Below, one piece after another: positions 19,088 through 29,600 of a DNA stretch of 64,000 nucleotides (position 1 is its first letter; each line of letters opens with the position of its first letter). The notes beneath the pieces are model-generated. The model saw nothing but the letters and a program-made list of their open reading frames with translations, was not told the DNA's origin and searched no databases. The position numbers and the translations under genes were made by a program. This DNA is from Arthrobacter sp. (GTDB lineage Bacteria > Actinomycetota > Actinomycetes > Actinomycetales > Micrococcaceae): contig NZ_JAUNVV010000001.1 in the NCBI RefSeq assembly GCF_030540645.1, positions 3,731 to 67,730 of the forward strand. Reading direction: 5' to 3'.

Positions 19088-22000
19088 ATGTCATCGCACT
19101 CAAATAGCCACACACCTGTGCAAGACCAGACCAGGTACGGTGGCCAGTCGTTCTTGGATGACTATTTTGTGCAACTATCCGAAGAAGACGCCGGTCTCTA
19201 CGATCCCGAGTTGCTCAATGACAGGGCCTGGATCCACCAGGAGCTGGCAGCCAACCGGACCCCAGGGCAGCCCAAACTGGAAATTCGTGATGAGCGCGAG
19301 GCCAGTGTCGTCTACATCGTCACCGATGACATGCCATTCCTCGTCGACTCCGTCAGTGCCGAGCTCGTGCGCCAGGACATGGCCATCCACCTTGTCACTC
19401 ACCCCGTCTTTGTGGTGTCGCGGGACAAGACCAGTAACGACCTGACAAAGGTGACAAAGGTCCCCTCACACGCCGGAGTGGCCAGCGGTGACACCTCCGC
19501 CATGCCCACGATCGCCCACCTTCTAGGCGATGGAGACAATAACTCCTTCCTGGAATCCTGGATCGCCGTTGAGATACGCAAAACCAGTGCTCAGGCGAAA
19601 GAGGAGATCCTTGCTGGCCTGGCCAAGGTCCTCTCCGACGTCAGGGCTGCCGTGGAAGACTGGCCAGCCATGCGCGAGAAAGCCCTGAGCAGAGCCGAAA
19701 TCCTGGCCTCGGTGCTTTCCGGGGAGTCCTTGGTGGACCTGCGTGAAGCCGAAGACCTCCTCCACTGGATGGAAGCGGACAACTTCACGTTCCTTGGCTA
19801 CCGTGAATACGATCTTGAAAAGCGCAATGGCGAAGACGTTCTGGTCAACCGTGAAGGGAGCGGACTCGGTGTGATGCGCGATGGCTCAGGCCACCCCGCT
19901 GTGCAGCACCTCACCAAAACGGGCCGGCGCAAGGCCCGCGAAAAGCGCGTTCTGGTGATCACCAAAGCCAACTCGCGCTCCACCGTCCACCGCGCCGCCT
20001 ACTTTGATTACATTGGGGTTAAGTCCTTTGACGCCCAAGGCAACGTCAATGGCGAGCAGCGCTTCATCGGGCTATTTTCCTCCAAGGTTTACACCGGCTC
20101 GGTGCGCAATATTCCGGTGGTGCGGGAAAAAGTGGACGCGGTGCTGCGCCACTTTGGCTTCCCGCCCAACTCACACTCGGGCAAGGACCTCTTTGCGGTC
20201 TTGGACACGTACCCTCGCGACGAGCTGTTCCAGATCGAGGTTGCAGACCTGATCGAGATCGCCAACGGGATCCTCCGGCTGGCCGAACGCCGTCGCACCC
20301 GCTTGTTCCTGCGCCCAGATATTTACGGCCGCTTCATGTCAGCACTGGTATATATTCCCCGTGACCGTTACACAACCGCAGTGCGCCACCGCATTGAGCG
20401 GGAACTGATGCGCACCTTCAACGCCAGCTCCATCGACTTTGAAGCCCGCATGAGTGAGTCCGCATTGGCACGGCTGTTCTTCCGCATCCGCCTGCCCAAG
20501 GACTACTTTGTTCCTGCCGAGCTTCACGAGGCGGAGCTGGAACAGCGCCTTGTGCTGGCTGCACGTTCCTGGCCTGAAGGCATTTCCCAGGTCCTTCGAC
20601 ACTCCCAGCCCCTGGATGTGGCCGACCGGCTCGTCAACAAATGGTCCGAAGCGTTCCCGGCCAGTTATCGGGTCGGCTTCGAAGTGGAGGATGCACTAGC
20701 CGACATTGCCCGGTTTGAGAGCTTCGACGCAGACTACAAGGCTGTGGTTGCAGCTGGAATGTCCCCGGATAAGTGTGCTCCTGGCATGCACGTTTACCTG
20801 CCGGAGAGTACGGATGGACTCATGCAGGCCGATGCGCGCGTGAAGTTGTACATGGCACACCCGCAAAGTTTGAGTAAGATTTTGCCGTTCTTCCACAACC
20901 TGGGGATCGAAGTTCTGGACGAGCGGCCCTTTGAGATTGAAACACACGACAAACGTGACTTCTTCCTCTATGACCTGGGCTTGAAATATCCGAGCGACGT
21001 TGATCCGTTGGCGACGGCGGAACTGCTCACCGAGGCGTTTGGTGCCGCCTTCACGGGACGCAGCGAATCGGACCACTTTGACAAGCTGGTGCTGACCGAA
21101 GGAATGCCGTGGCGCCAGATCATGATCCTGCGTGCCTATGCCAAATACATGCGCCAGATGGGGAACACGAACTCGTTCGGCCTGATTGCCGACACACTTT
21201 TGCACAATGTGAAGGTGACCCGCGGACTCATCGAGCTGTTTGAGGCCCGTTTTGACCCGGCTGTTGATGAAACAGTGCGACCCGGTATGCAAGCCAACAT
21301 CCACGAGCGGCTCAATGCCGCATTGGAAAACGTGCCTACGTTGGATGCGGACAGGATTCTGCGAACCTTCTCCAACCTTGTCGACTCCACCCTGCGCACC
21401 AACTTTCACCGTGATCGGGACTACCTCAGCCTGAAACTGGATCCCTCCACCATCAAGGGCCTGCCTGCACCGCTGCCCATGTTTGAGATCTGGGTGTATT
21501 CCCCCCGGGTGGAAGGCAGCCACTTGCGCTTTGGCAAGGTCGCTCGTGGTGGCCTCCGCTGGTCCGACCGGCGTGAAGACTTCCGCACCGAAGTTCTAGG
21601 CCTGGTGAAGGCACAGACCGTCAAGAATGCAGTCATTGTTCCCACCGGTGCCAAGGGAGGCTTTTTCGCGAAGGCCCTGCCCAACCCGGCCATCGATCGC
21701 GGCGCCTGGCTGGAAGAAGGCCGGGAAAGCTACAAAATGTTCATCCGTGGCTTGCTCGATGTCACCGACAACCTGGTGGCCACCCCAGACGGGGAACTGG
21801 TGGTACCGCCGGAAAACGTGGTGCGCCACGACGCTGACGACAGCTACCTGGTGGTTGCTGCAGACAAGGGCACGGCATCCTTCTCCGACACGGCCAATGC
21901 CATCTCGGCAGAATACGGTTTCTGGCTCGGAGACGCCTTCGCATCTGGCGGTTCCGTTGGCTACGACCACAAGGCCATGGGTATCACCGCACGCGGCGCG

Positions 22001-23962
22001 TGGGAGTCAGTCAAGCGGCACTTTAGCGAGTTCGACCTCGACACCCAGAGCCAGGAGTTCACGGCAGTGGGTGTCGGGGACATGTCCGGAGATGTATTTG
22101 GCAACGGCATGCTGCGCACCCGCCAAGTGCGTCTCGTTGCGGCTTTTGACCACCGCGATATTTTCCTCGACCCCAACCCCGACGCCGAGACCTCCTTCGA
22201 CGAGCGGCAGCGATTGTACGACCTGCCACGGTCCTCATGGCAGGACTACAACGAGGAACTCATCAGCGAAGGCGGCGGAGTGTACTCCCGCACGCTGAAA
22301 TCCATCCCCATCTCCACCCAAGTCTGCGCCGCTTTGGGACTGCCGGAGGGAACGGAAAAGCTCAGCCCGCCGGAACTGCTGCGTGCGGTACTTTTGGCAC
22401 CGACGGACCTGTTGTACAACGGCGGCATCGGCACCTACATCAAGGCCAGCAGCGAATCACACTCAGACGTGGGGGATAAAACCAACGACGCAATCCGCGT
22501 CGACGGTGCCGACCTGCGGGTGAAGATCATTGGAGAAGGCGGCAACCTCGGTATGACCCAGCGCGGCCGTGTCGAAGCGGCCCTGCACGGGGTCATCCTG
22601 AATACGGACGCCATAGACAATTCAGCTGGCGTCGATTGCTCCGACCACGAAGTCAACATCAAGATCTTCGTTGACAGGATGGTGGTTGCAGGGAAGTTGG
22701 ATCCGGCGGAGCGCACGGAATTCCTGATGTCCATGACAGATGAAATTGGCACGTTGGTCCTTGAGGACAACATCGAGCAAAATATTCTATTGCTCAATGA
22801 CCGCCAGCACGTGGTCGAAGGCAGCCCCAGCTTCGAACGATTCATGAACTGGCTTGAGGAACGAGCCGACCTCGATCGGGAGATTGAGGCGCTGCCCAGC
22901 AATGCGGAGTTGCGCGAACGGGTAGAGTCCGGGCAGGGGCTCACCTCGCCTGAACTGGCTGTCCTGCTGGCATACGCGAAAATGGAACTGGCCACCTCCT
23001 TGTCCAACAGTGACTTGGCGGAGGATCCGTGGTTCAAGTCAACCCTGCGGCACTACTTCCCTGCCGAGGTGGCTGAACGTTTTGACGCAGAACTGGACAG
23101 CCACCCACTGCGCAAGGAGATCATTGCCACCGTGGTGGCCAATGACATGGTCAATCTCGGCGGTATTACCTTTGCCTTCCGTGCATTGGAAGAAACCTCA
23201 GCCAGTGAAGTCGCCATTGCCAAGGCGTTTGTGGCACTGCATGAAATCTTTGACCTTGACTCCATGCGCTCAGCCTTGCGGGAGCTGCCGCCGAGTTTCT
23301 CCACCGAGCACTGGTGTGCTGTTCATTTGGATATGCGCCGCCACCTGGACAGGTCGTTGCGTTGGCTGCTCAATGAAGGCATCGTCAACCAAAAGATCGA
23401 AGACGTGGTCAAACGGTTCAAGCCGGTAGTCGGTACTCTCGGTACTCACATGGGCGATTTCCTCCAAGGTGTCGATGTGGAACGTGTGGCCAGCTGGTAC
23501 AAACGTGCCACTGCCTTTGAGATGCCTGCGGACCTCGGACGGCGGTGGGCGGAACTCTTTGAGACGTTCCCACTTCTCGACGTCGCCAGGATCAGCGAAG
23601 GCCAAGACGAACCCGAATCCACGGTTGCCGGCGTGTACTACGCACTGTACAACCGCTATGGTGTGGATGCCCTGCTCGAGCGCATTACGTCACTGCCGCG
23701 CAATGACAGGTGGCAGGCACTGGCCCGCGCTGCCTTGCGAGATGATCTGTATGCGACCATCGCGGACATGGCCCGCAATGTCCTCGACAGCACCGACGCC
23801 GCCACCGCCCCCATGGCACGGATCACGGAGTGGGAAGCGCAGAATGAAGAACAACTGACCCGCTCCAAGCGCATGTTTGCTGAAGTCAACGACCTTGAAC
23901 AGGACGACATGGCTTCCCTGTCTGTAGCATTGAGGCTCTTGCGTTCAATCGTGCGGCGCTAA
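19088..23962 (+). CDS. gdh: Large (about 180 kDa) NAD-specific glutamate dehydrogenase
   Basis: 1624 aa, colinear with the actinobacterial NAD-GDH family (…GGLRWSDRREDFRTEVLGLVKAQTVKNAVIVPTGAKGGF…). Confidence 0.95.
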   Translation: MSSHSNSHTPVQDQTRYGGQSFLDDYFVQLSEEDAGLYDPELLNDRAWIHQELAANRTPGQPKLEIRDEREASVVYIVTDDMPFLVDSVSAELVRQDMAIHLVTHPVFVVSRDKTSNDLTKVTKVPSHAGVASGDTSAMPTIAHLLGDGDNNSFLESWIAVEIRKTSAQAKEEILAGLAKVLSDVRAAVEDWPAMREKALSRAEILASVLSGESLVDLREAEDLLHWMEADNFTFLGYREYDLEKRNGEDVLVNREGSGLGVMRDGSGHPAVQHLTKTGRRKAREKRVLVITKANSRSTVHRAAYFDYIGVKSFDAQGNVNGEQRFIGLFSSKVYTGSVRNIPVVREKVDAVLRHFGFPPNSHSGKDLFAVLDTYPRDELFQIEVADLIEIANGILRLAERRRTRLFLRPDIYGRFMSALVYIPRDRYTTAVRHRIERELMRTFNASSIDFEARMSESALARLFFRIRLPKDYFVPAELHEAELEQRLVLAARSWPEGISQVLRHSQPLDVADRLVNKWSEAFPASYRVGFEVEDALADIARFESFDADYKAVVAAGMSPDKCAPGMHVYLPESTDGLMQADARVKLYMAHPQSLSKILPFFHNLGIEVLDERPFEIETHDKRDFFLYDLGLKYPSDVDPLATAELLTEAFGAAFTGRSESDHFDKLVLTEGMPWRQIMILRAYAKYMRQMGNTNSFGLIADTLLHNVKVTRGLIELFEARFDPAVDETVRPGMQANIHERLNAALENVPTLDADRILRTFSNLVDSTLRTNFHRDRDYLSLKLDPSTIKGLPAPLPMFEIWVYSPRVEGSHLRFGKVARGGLRWSDRREDFRTEVLGLVKAQTVKNAVIVPTGAKGGFFAKALPNPAIDRGAWLEEGRESYKMFIRGLLDVTDNLVATPDGELVVPPENVVRHDADDSYLVVAADKGTASFSDTANAISAEYGFWLGDAFASGGSVGYDHKAMGITARGAWESVKRHFSEFDLDTQSQEFTAVGVGDMSGDVFGNGMLRTRQVRLVAAFDHRDIFLDPNPDAETSFDERQRLYDLPRSSWQDYNEELISEGGGVYSRTLKSIPISTQVCAALGLPEGTEKLSPPELLRAVLLAPTDLLYNGGIGTYIKASSESHSDVGDKTNDAIRVDGADLRVKIIGEGGNLGMTQRGRVEAALHGVILNTDAIDNSAGVDCSDHEVNIKIFVDRMVVAGKLDPAERTEFLMSMTDEIGTLVLEDNIEQNILLLNDRQHVVEGSPSFERFMNWLEERADLDREIEALPSNAELRERVESGQGLTSPELAVLLAYAKMELATSLSNSDLAEDPWFKSTLRHYFPAEVAERFDAELDSHPLRKEIIATVVANDMVNLGGITFAFRALEETSASEVAIAKAFVALHEIFDLDSMRSALRELPPSFSTEHWCAVHLDMRRHLDRSLRWLLNEGIVNQKIEDVVKRFKPVVGTLGTHMGDFLQGVDVERVASWYKRATAFEMPADLGRRWAELFETFPLLDVARISEGQDEPESTVAGVYYALYNRYGVDALLERITSLPRNDRWQALARAALRDDLYATIADMARNVLDSTDAATAPMARITEWEAQNEEQLTRSKRMFAEVNDLEQDDMASLSVALRLLRSIVRR

Positions 23963-24012
23963 AGTCACTGCCACTGACGGCGGTGGTGCTGGCACGGTTG
24001 CAACAGTTTGTG

Positions 24013-24053
24013 TGGTGCCTGCCTGCTCAGGCGGGCACCACCAACCATTTTTT
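24013..24053 (+). terminator. Intrinsic terminator after gdh
   Basis: The stem tggtgcctgcc / ggcgggcacca contains one G-U pair. It is followed by ccaacca and then TTTTTT, directly before the pdtaS RBS GAGGAG. Confidence 0.55.
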
Positions 24054-24064
24054 GAGGAGCCAGC

Positions 24065-25543
24065 ATGGCAATTTTTGCGGACATGATCAGGGAAAGTACG
24101 GGGTTGGGTCCGGGCGACGCCGAATGGCTGCACTTGCTGGTAGGGGACTGGCAGATGATCGCCGACTTGTCGTTTGCCGACCTGGTGCTGTGGTTCCCAT
24201 CCACCAACGGCGAGGACTATGTTGCCTTGGCACATGTTCGTCCGTCCACTTCCCACACCATGTTCCATGCAGATTTCGTGGGGGAGGCAGTGCAACCTGA
24301 GCTTGCACCCCTGATCCGGACGGCGTGGACCAGCCAAAACATTGAGCGCTCCCATGAGACGAAGATCTGGAACTCGGACATGGCAATGCGTGTTGAGGCA
24401 ATCCCGATGGTCCGCAACGGTCACACGCTTGCGGTCATCACCACGCACATGGACCTGTCCAGTTCACGCATGCCCTCACGGCTGGAGCTGACGTACCGCC
24501 AATGCGCCTATGACCTGCTTAAAATGGGCACGCTGGGGTTGTGGCCGGACTTTGCCTCCCCAACGGGTTCGCGCCGAGGGGCCCCACGGGTGGGGGATGG
24601 CCTCCTGCGCCTTGATGTCGACGGGATCGTGCAGTACGCGAGCCCCAACGGCGTCTCAGCCTTCCGACGGCTGGGTGATGGCGAGTCGTTGGAAGGGCGG
24701 TCATTGGCAGAAGTCACCACTGACTTACTCAAAGACCGTCGCATGGTGGACGAATCGCTGCCCTTGGTGGTTACAGGGAGGATGCCCTGGCGCACAGAGA
24801 TCGAGTCCAGAGGCGTCAGCCTGTCCCTGCGTGCCATTCCGCTACGGGATGCCACGGAGCGTTTCGGCGCCCTGGTGCTGTGCCGCGACGTCTCGGAATT
24901 GCGCCGACGCGAACAGGAATTGGTGACGAAAGATGCCACGATTCGTGAAATCCACCACCGGGTGAAGAACAACCTCCAAACGGTAGCAGCGCTGCTACGC
25001 ATGCAGTCTCGACGCATGCACAGCGAAGAGGGACGGCAGGGGCTGGAGCAAGCCATGCGACGTGTGGCCACGATCGCACTGGTTCATGAAACCCTGTCCC
25101 AGGGGTTGGCACAGAACGTGGACTTTGATGAGCTCATCGACCGGCAGTTCCGGTTGTCCGCGGAGGTTGCTTCACCATCACAGCGCGTGCGCACAGAACG
25201 TGAGGGCGCTTTTGAAGAACTGCCCAGCGACTTCGCCACGCCACTGGCCTTGGTGATCAACGAGTTGGTGACAAACGCTGTCGAACATGGCCTGCAGGAC
25301 AGGGAAGGGACGGTGTGGCTCACAGCCCACCGCTACAAGAACTCTGCAGGAGACGATGCCCTTACGGTGACCATCGCTGATGATGGTGTTGGATTGCCGG
25401 AGGGGCACATCGCCGAAGGTCTTGGCCTGCAAATTGTGCGAACGCTTGTCACCAGTGAACTGGGCGGCACCATTGACTGGTCGCCAAGGGAAGGCGGCGG
25501 CACCGTCGTCGAACTGCAAATGGCGTTGATCAGCAGGCACTGA
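24065..25543 (+). CDS. pdtaS: Cytoplasmic GAF/PAS sensor histidine kinase of the PdtaS type
   Basis: 492 aa with no TM helix. It has a HisKA_2-type H-box (IREIHHRVKNNLQTVAALLRMQ) and an HATPase domain. Adjacency to whiB1 matches mycobacterial synteny. Confidence 0.85.
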   Translation: MAIFADMIRESTGLGPGDAEWLHLLVGDWQMIADLSFADLVLWFPSTNGEDYVALAHVRPSTSHTMFHADFVGEAVQPELAPLIRTAWTSQNIERSHETKIWNSDMAMRVEAIPMVRNGHTLAVITTHMDLSSSRMPSRLELTYRQCAYDLLKMGTLGLWPDFASPTGSRRGAPRVGDGLLRLDVDGIVQYASPNGVSAFRRLGDGESLEGRSLAEVTTDLLKDRRMVDESLPLVVTGRMPWRTEIESRGVSLSLRAIPLRDATERFGALVLCRDVSELRRREQELVTKDATIREIHHRVKNNLQTVAALLRMQSRRMHSEEGRQGLEQAMRRVATIALVHETLSQGLAQNVDFDELIDRQFRLSAEVASPSQRVRTEREGAFEELPSDFATPLALVINELVTNAVEHGLQDREGTVWLTAHRYKNSAGDDALTVTIADDGVGLPEGHIAEGLGLQIVRTLVTSELGGTIDWSPREGGGTVVELQMALISRH

Positions 25544-25575
25544 ACCGTCTGGCAAGGTCACTCGTGGTTTAAACA

Positions 25576-25643
25576 CAGCTGACCCGCAGCAGCAACCAAA
25601 GTCCATTGCAAGCAATGATGCGGTTGCTGCTGCGGGTCAGCTG
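25576..25643. terminator. Perfect 22-bp inverted repeat with a 24-nt loop between the convergent pdtaS and whiB genes
   Basis: cagctgacccgcagcagcaacc at 25576-25597 pairs with ggttgctgctgcgggtcagctg at 25622-25643. Confidence 0.6.
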
Positions 25644-25650
25644 AAAAATA

Positions 25651-25899
25651 CTAGCTGGCGCGGCGGGCTCGGGCGGCGCGGCGTTTCATGGCGCGTCGTT
25701 CGTCCTCACTCAGGCCTCCCCAAACTCCTGCATCCTGGCCGGATTCGATGGCCCACTTCAAGCAGATGTCGATGACGGGGCAGCGACGGCATACGCTCTT
25801 CGCTTCCTCGATTTGAAGCAGCGCTGGGCCCGTGTTTCCGACCGGGAAAAACAGCTCCGGGTCTTTGTCGAGGCAGGCTGCGCGACTACGCCAGTCCAT
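25651..25899 (-). CDS. whiB1: WhiB-family Fe-S transcription factor, WhiB1-like
   Basis: MDWRSRAACLDKDPELFFPVGNTGPALLQIEEAKSVCRRCPVIDICLKWAIESGQDAGVWGGLSEDERRAMKRR. It has the four Cys, the GVWGG turn and a basic tail, and closely resembles mycobacterial WhiB1. Confidence 0.95.
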   Translation of the reverse strand: MDWRSRAACLDKDPELFFPVGNTGPALLQIEEAKSVCRRCPVIDICLKWAIESGQDAGVWGGLSEDERRAMKRRAARARRAS

Positions 25900-25934
25900 G
25901 CTGATCACTCACTCCTTTTAGAACGCGAGACTCT

Positions 25935-25950
25935 TGTGAAATAATTCACA
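25935..25950. promoter_or_regulatory. Perfect CRP/FNR-family site TGTGA-N6-TCACA upstream of whiB1
   Basis: TGTGAAATAATTCACA is seen directly in the sequence, and its near end lies 36 nt upstream of the whiB1 ATG. Confidence 0.55.
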
Positions 25951-25960
25951 TTGGGCCACA

Positions 25961-25985
25961 TAAGAAAGGGGCCGGTATCGGCCCC
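25961..25985 (-). terminator. Canonical intrinsic-terminator-like hairpin on the minus strand, upstream of the whiB1 CRP site
   Basis: On the minus strand, GGGGCCG-ATAC-CGGCCCC is followed by TTTCTTA. Confidence 0.4.
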
Positions 25986-26131
25986 AGTTGGTCATTGCGT
26001 TAAGAGTGTCACGTAAACACGGCGTAAACAAGGGGTTTGGGGTGAAAATCCACGCTCCTGTCGTGAGCGATAAATCACAGTGACTCGGGGCTTCTCGGCT
26101 GCTAGTCAGCAATCTCCGATAGGGTGCAGGT

Positions 26132-26611
26132 GTGCAAAACAATCGCCAGATTCCTGCTGAATCTCCCCATTCCAAGAACGACGCATCGCTAGAAACAAGC
26201 GACATGGTTGACGGTTCTGAGCGGCCGCTAGGTGTTTACGTCGTAAGTTTCGTGGTGGGTTTGGAAGCGCTGGCACTTGGCGTGGCAGGGGTATGGTCAG
26301 TTATTTCAATGTTTACTCAGCCTATTTTTTCGCTGGCCAGCGCAATTTTTCTTTCCGTCCTGCTCCTGGGCTTGGCGGTGGGCTTGAGCGCCGTGGCGCT
26401 CAATGCGTATAGGGGCTTTCGTTGGACGAGGTCGGCTGCGTTTGTCTGGCAGCTTCTGATGGTGGCCATTGCCACACCGACTTTGCTGGAAGGAAATATT
26501 GCATTGGGCCTGGTGCTGCTGTTGCCGCCGTTGGCTGTGGCGTTTTTTCTGTTCACTCCGAAAGTAGTGGCCTTCTCTTTGCGCGCAGGAACCAGCAACA
26601 AGGTTCTGTAG
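26132..26611 (+). CDS. Small integral membrane protein (4 predicted TM helices), function unknown
   Basis: 159-aa ORF starting at a GTG, with an alternative ATG at 26204. The hydrophobic segments are VYVVSFVVGLEALALGVAGVW, IFLSVLLLGLAVGLSAVAL, FVWQLLMVAIATP and LVLLLPPLAVAFFLF. Confidence 0.6.
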   Translation: MQNNRQIPAESPHSKNDASLETSDMVDGSERPLGVYVVSFVVGLEALALGVAGVWSVISMFTQPIFSLASAIFLSVLLLGLAVGLSAVALNAYRGFRWTRSAAFVWQLLMVAIATPTLLEGNIALGLVLLLPPLAVAFFLFTPKVVAFSLRAGTSNKVL

Positions 26612-26629
26612 GATCGTGCGCCGCTTTCG

Positions 26630-29600
26630 TCATGGGCACGTTCCCGGCAGCGGAAACTGAAACCAAGACCGTTCACCGTTGGCCAGCAGCACCCCACGCC
26701 CGTAAGGCTCAGCTCCGGCGGTGTCCAATCGGACGCCGAAAAGCTCACCATCTGCTGCGCGCCGGGGTCTGAGGACGATGCCCTGCTGCGCTGTCCGCAG
26801 GCCCCAAGATAAAGGCAGGCTGGAAACGGCCGGGCCCGGCCAGTTGAAGGCAGCCACCAGCACCATCCCGGCTGCCAGGCTTTCAGTCACCTGCTGCAAC
26901 TCCATGGGAGTCAACGCAGCGGCGTCATCCAACCAGAGCAGTCGGGGTGCTATCTGCGGCTGGAGTGTGCCACGGAGAGAACTGCTGTTCAAATCTTCCA
27001 AGGCCTGAAGGAAACTTGATTTCCCGCTACTTGGACTGCCGAGAACCGGAAGCACGGTGCCGGGTTCGAGTGTGACCCTCACCGGGTGGGCGCCATCGCC
27101 GCCAATGCCCACCACGACGGATACTCCACGAGATCCGTGGCTGCCCGGAGCCGGGGCCTCTCCGGAAAGAGCTTCCTGCACTTGTTGCATGGATACTGAA
27201 TCCGGCAGAGCTGAGACACGGAGCGTGCCAGCTGCTGCACTTCCATTGATTGGCAAGCGTGCGTGGCGACTGGTGTTGGACCCTCCGCGACTGGATCCGT
27301 GCTGGCTGCCAACTGTTTGAGATGATACTGACGGTATATTTCCGAGCTGCACAATGTGCAAAGCGTCATCACCGTCTCGCGAAACCAACTCGTTGACGGG
27401 CCCAGCGATGGTGCCACGCCCACGGAGGGGCTTGAAGCGGGGCATCCGGGGCCACAACATGGTGGATTCTGGGCTGGTACCGAAGGGTAGGAAGATCCGG
27501 TTCGGGATTGCTGGCAGGAATGCGGTGGAAAGGAGTTCGCGTCCTCCTCCCACAAGGACCACCAGATTTGGATGGCTGAAGCGAATCAGGGCAGCAATGC
27601 CGTCTTCGGTCTCGTGCCAGGGGCTGGCTCGGAATGCGGCCGCCCAGCGTCCCCAGTCGGTAATGCATAGGATAAGGGTTTGGGCGGTGGCGCCGGCGGT
27701 CTGCTCTAATCGGCCCACCAGGTGCGCTGCGGTTCTGAGCTGGTCCGGCCCTACATGTGCCCCCACCCAAGGGCTGCCGGCAAAGTGGTGCAGTGAGCCG
27801 TCTCCGTCCAACAGATACAGCAGCCGTGGAGGGGCGTGACTGCCGGTGACTGCTGAGCCTCTAGCTGCTAGGCCGTTGGATGCTGCGCGTCGAGAAGCAG
27901 CCTTGTTTGCTGCCAACACCTGCCCGGCGGCCAGCGCCACGGCATGGGAACTTTCGGGCGCGGCACCCAGGCAAGCAAGATGTGAGTTCAGTTCCGGGTT
28001 CCACAACAAAGGCTCCACGCTCTGGCTTAGCGGCACGTCCACGAATCCCAGCAGCAGTGATGCTTCACCTCCGAGGGCTCCTTCATTGCAAGGGACTTCT
28101 TCACTACCGAAGCCTCGTTCGGTGTGTGAGAGGCCCACGTGCACCTCCGATGGCAGTTCAGCGGCTATAACGGCAGTTGCTGGCTGAAGCGTGGTGTCCT
28201 CGGAACGGTAGTGCTGCCACGCCTCAATCATGAGGCCGGCAACAGCAGACACGTCGCTTGTGATGCCTCCTGGATCTGGGGAGTGGGCAGGTAGGAAGGA
28301 CACCCGTTCACCGGGATCCTCCAACACGGGTCCTAGGCCGGTGCCAACAGAAGGCAGGCGGAGGGCTGCACTTTGGAACTCCTGTGGCGAAGCGCCGGCC
28401 TTGCTGATGAAAGCCCGGCCTGGGGTGCTCACGCTGATGGCTGCGGCCACACCGGTGCCAATGACATCCGTGGAGTCGAAGGTGGACTGCACCCGCAAGC
28501 AGATTGAACTTGTCACGTTGGCACGGATATCTGCATTCAAGGCACCTTGTGGACGTTGGGTTGCCATCACCAGATGGATGCCCAACGACCGCCCCACGGC
28601 GGCAATGCGCATGAGTTCAGCCATGGCGTCGGGGAACTGGTCAACTAGCACCCTGAACTCATCGATGATGACCACCAGGTGGGCCATGCCATGCGCTCCT
28701 GTGAGTTCAACAGCACCATGATGCAGCGCAGCTGCGCGGTAGGAGTCGCTGTCGGCAACTTCGCAGACGGCAAGCGCAGCCTCACGCAGATGGAGTTCGG
28801 CACGCAGTGATGCCAAGGTGCGGTCCATGGCATCGCCGCCCAAATCAGTAATAAGTGAGCTGGTGTGCGGAAACTTGCACAACGCTCCCAACCCTGCGCC
28901 GCCCTTGAAGTCAAAGAACACAAACTGCAGGTCTGCGGGGGAGTGCGCCACTGCCAGGCTCCCCGCAAGAGTTCGTAGAAGTTCTGATTTCCCCGATCCT
29001 GTGGTGCCTCCAAGCAGCAGGTGCGGACCGTCGTGGAGAAAATCAAACTTGGTGGGGCCCTCAGCTGATTGGCCCAAAGAAATTGGGCGAAGTGGGCCTC
29101 CACGGGAGAGCTTCCATTGCGCTACGACAGCATCACGCGAGCACAGCTCACGAAGCGGCAGCGTATTGGGCTCCAATGAGGCCTGCACGGCAGGTCCTTT
29201 TTCCAGACCCGCGACGGATAAAGCACGATGCCGACAATAGGCGTCAAATACTGTGGGCGGTACACCATCGGGTATGAAGTCATGATTGGCAAAAGTGCCT
29301 GCTAGATGGTTCCCTGCAGCACGCAGTTCAACTGTGGCGGACATTGCAGCGGTATCACTGTCGGCAGCGTCAATCCCGGATGAGGAGGCAGTGAGGGATC
29401 CGGTGGATGGTCCGGCCGGAGCATGCTGGGGCTGTGTGCCAGCACAGGTTCTTGCCAATGTGCCTTGGTGACGGGAAGGGTGGACTGCGAAGTGCACAAC
29501 GCGCAGCCCCGGGCTGGGACTGATCCAGGTACCGACCGGCTCATCCACAAGTAGCAACACCGCCGCATGGGCGCCAGAGCCAACGCCCGCACCACGACGC

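Noticed and set aside
25987-26100. Additional CRP-like sites (gtgtcacgtaaacac and tgtgatttatcgctcacg on the minus strand) and C-rich loops suggestive of 6C RNA
   Set aside because: The half-site spacing is 7-9 nt instead of 6, so they do not fit TGTGA-N6-TCACA. The C-runs are only 4 nt and are not placed in hairpin loops.
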